Source: Perkinsus chesapeaki ATCC PRA-425
Lineage: Eukaryota > Protista > Perkinsozoa
Length of the DNA: 33,678 nt
Assembly: GCA_013115145.1 (NCBI GenBank)
Contig: JAAPAO010000389.1
Coordinates: 1 to 33,678 of the forward strand
Direction: 5' to 3'
Position 1 is the first letter of the stretch. The number at the start of each line of letters is the position of its first letter. A program made the position numbers and the translations under genes. This document shows, piece after piece, positions 33,598 through 33,678 of this stretch. The notes beneath the pieces were generated by a model. It saw nothing but the letters and a program-made list of their open reading frames with translations. It was not told where the DNA came from and made no database searches.

Positions 33598-33678
33598 CAA
33601 GATCAAATCAGTAAAAGCCAAGATCAAATTAATATAGCCCAGAACAGATTAGTAAAAGCCAAGACCAAATTAATATAG
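33598..33678. repeat. Start of a 41-bp tandem repeat built from ~20/21-bp subunits, cut by the window edge
   Basis: GTAAAAGCCAAGATCAAATTAATATAG at 33611 recurs with one mismatch at 33652. Confidence 0.75.

Overview
Eukaryotic genomic DNA, not prokaryotic. Genes are split by many very short GT-AG introns and are tightly packed. Gene style and content (outer dynein arm docking protein, alveolate-type coiled-coil proteins) point to a flagellated alveolate such as Perkinsus; this is an inference. The window has two parts. (1) Bases 1-~8100 start with tandem tRNA-Arg(TCG) units whose second copy is cut off at the anticodon loop. An AT-richer, rearranged mobile-DNA island follows. It holds 15- and 14-bp minisatellites and a 930-bp TIR element with an 8-bp target duplication, phased GTACAC arrays and an internal tRNA-like box A/box B. 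It also holds a Cys-motif gene, a SWIM zinc-finger (MuDR-like transposase C-terminus) remnant, and a 5'-truncated PIF1-family helicase with an unknown C-terminal domain and Q/P tail. Three compound perfect palindromes with 1-nt centres in the island look like hairpin-opening scars. (2) Bases ~8130-33500 are host genes. On the minus strand: NTM1-type N-terminal methyltransferase, mitochondrial uL2, GT34 glycosyltransferase, a DHX9/MLE-like dsRBD-DEIH helicase, hypothetical and coiled-coil genes, and a possibly intronic tRNA-Pro(TGG). After a strand switch: an ODA docking-complex gene and another coiled-coil gene. A tandem repeat begins at the right edge. Gene ends and exon structures were inferred by eye and are approximate.
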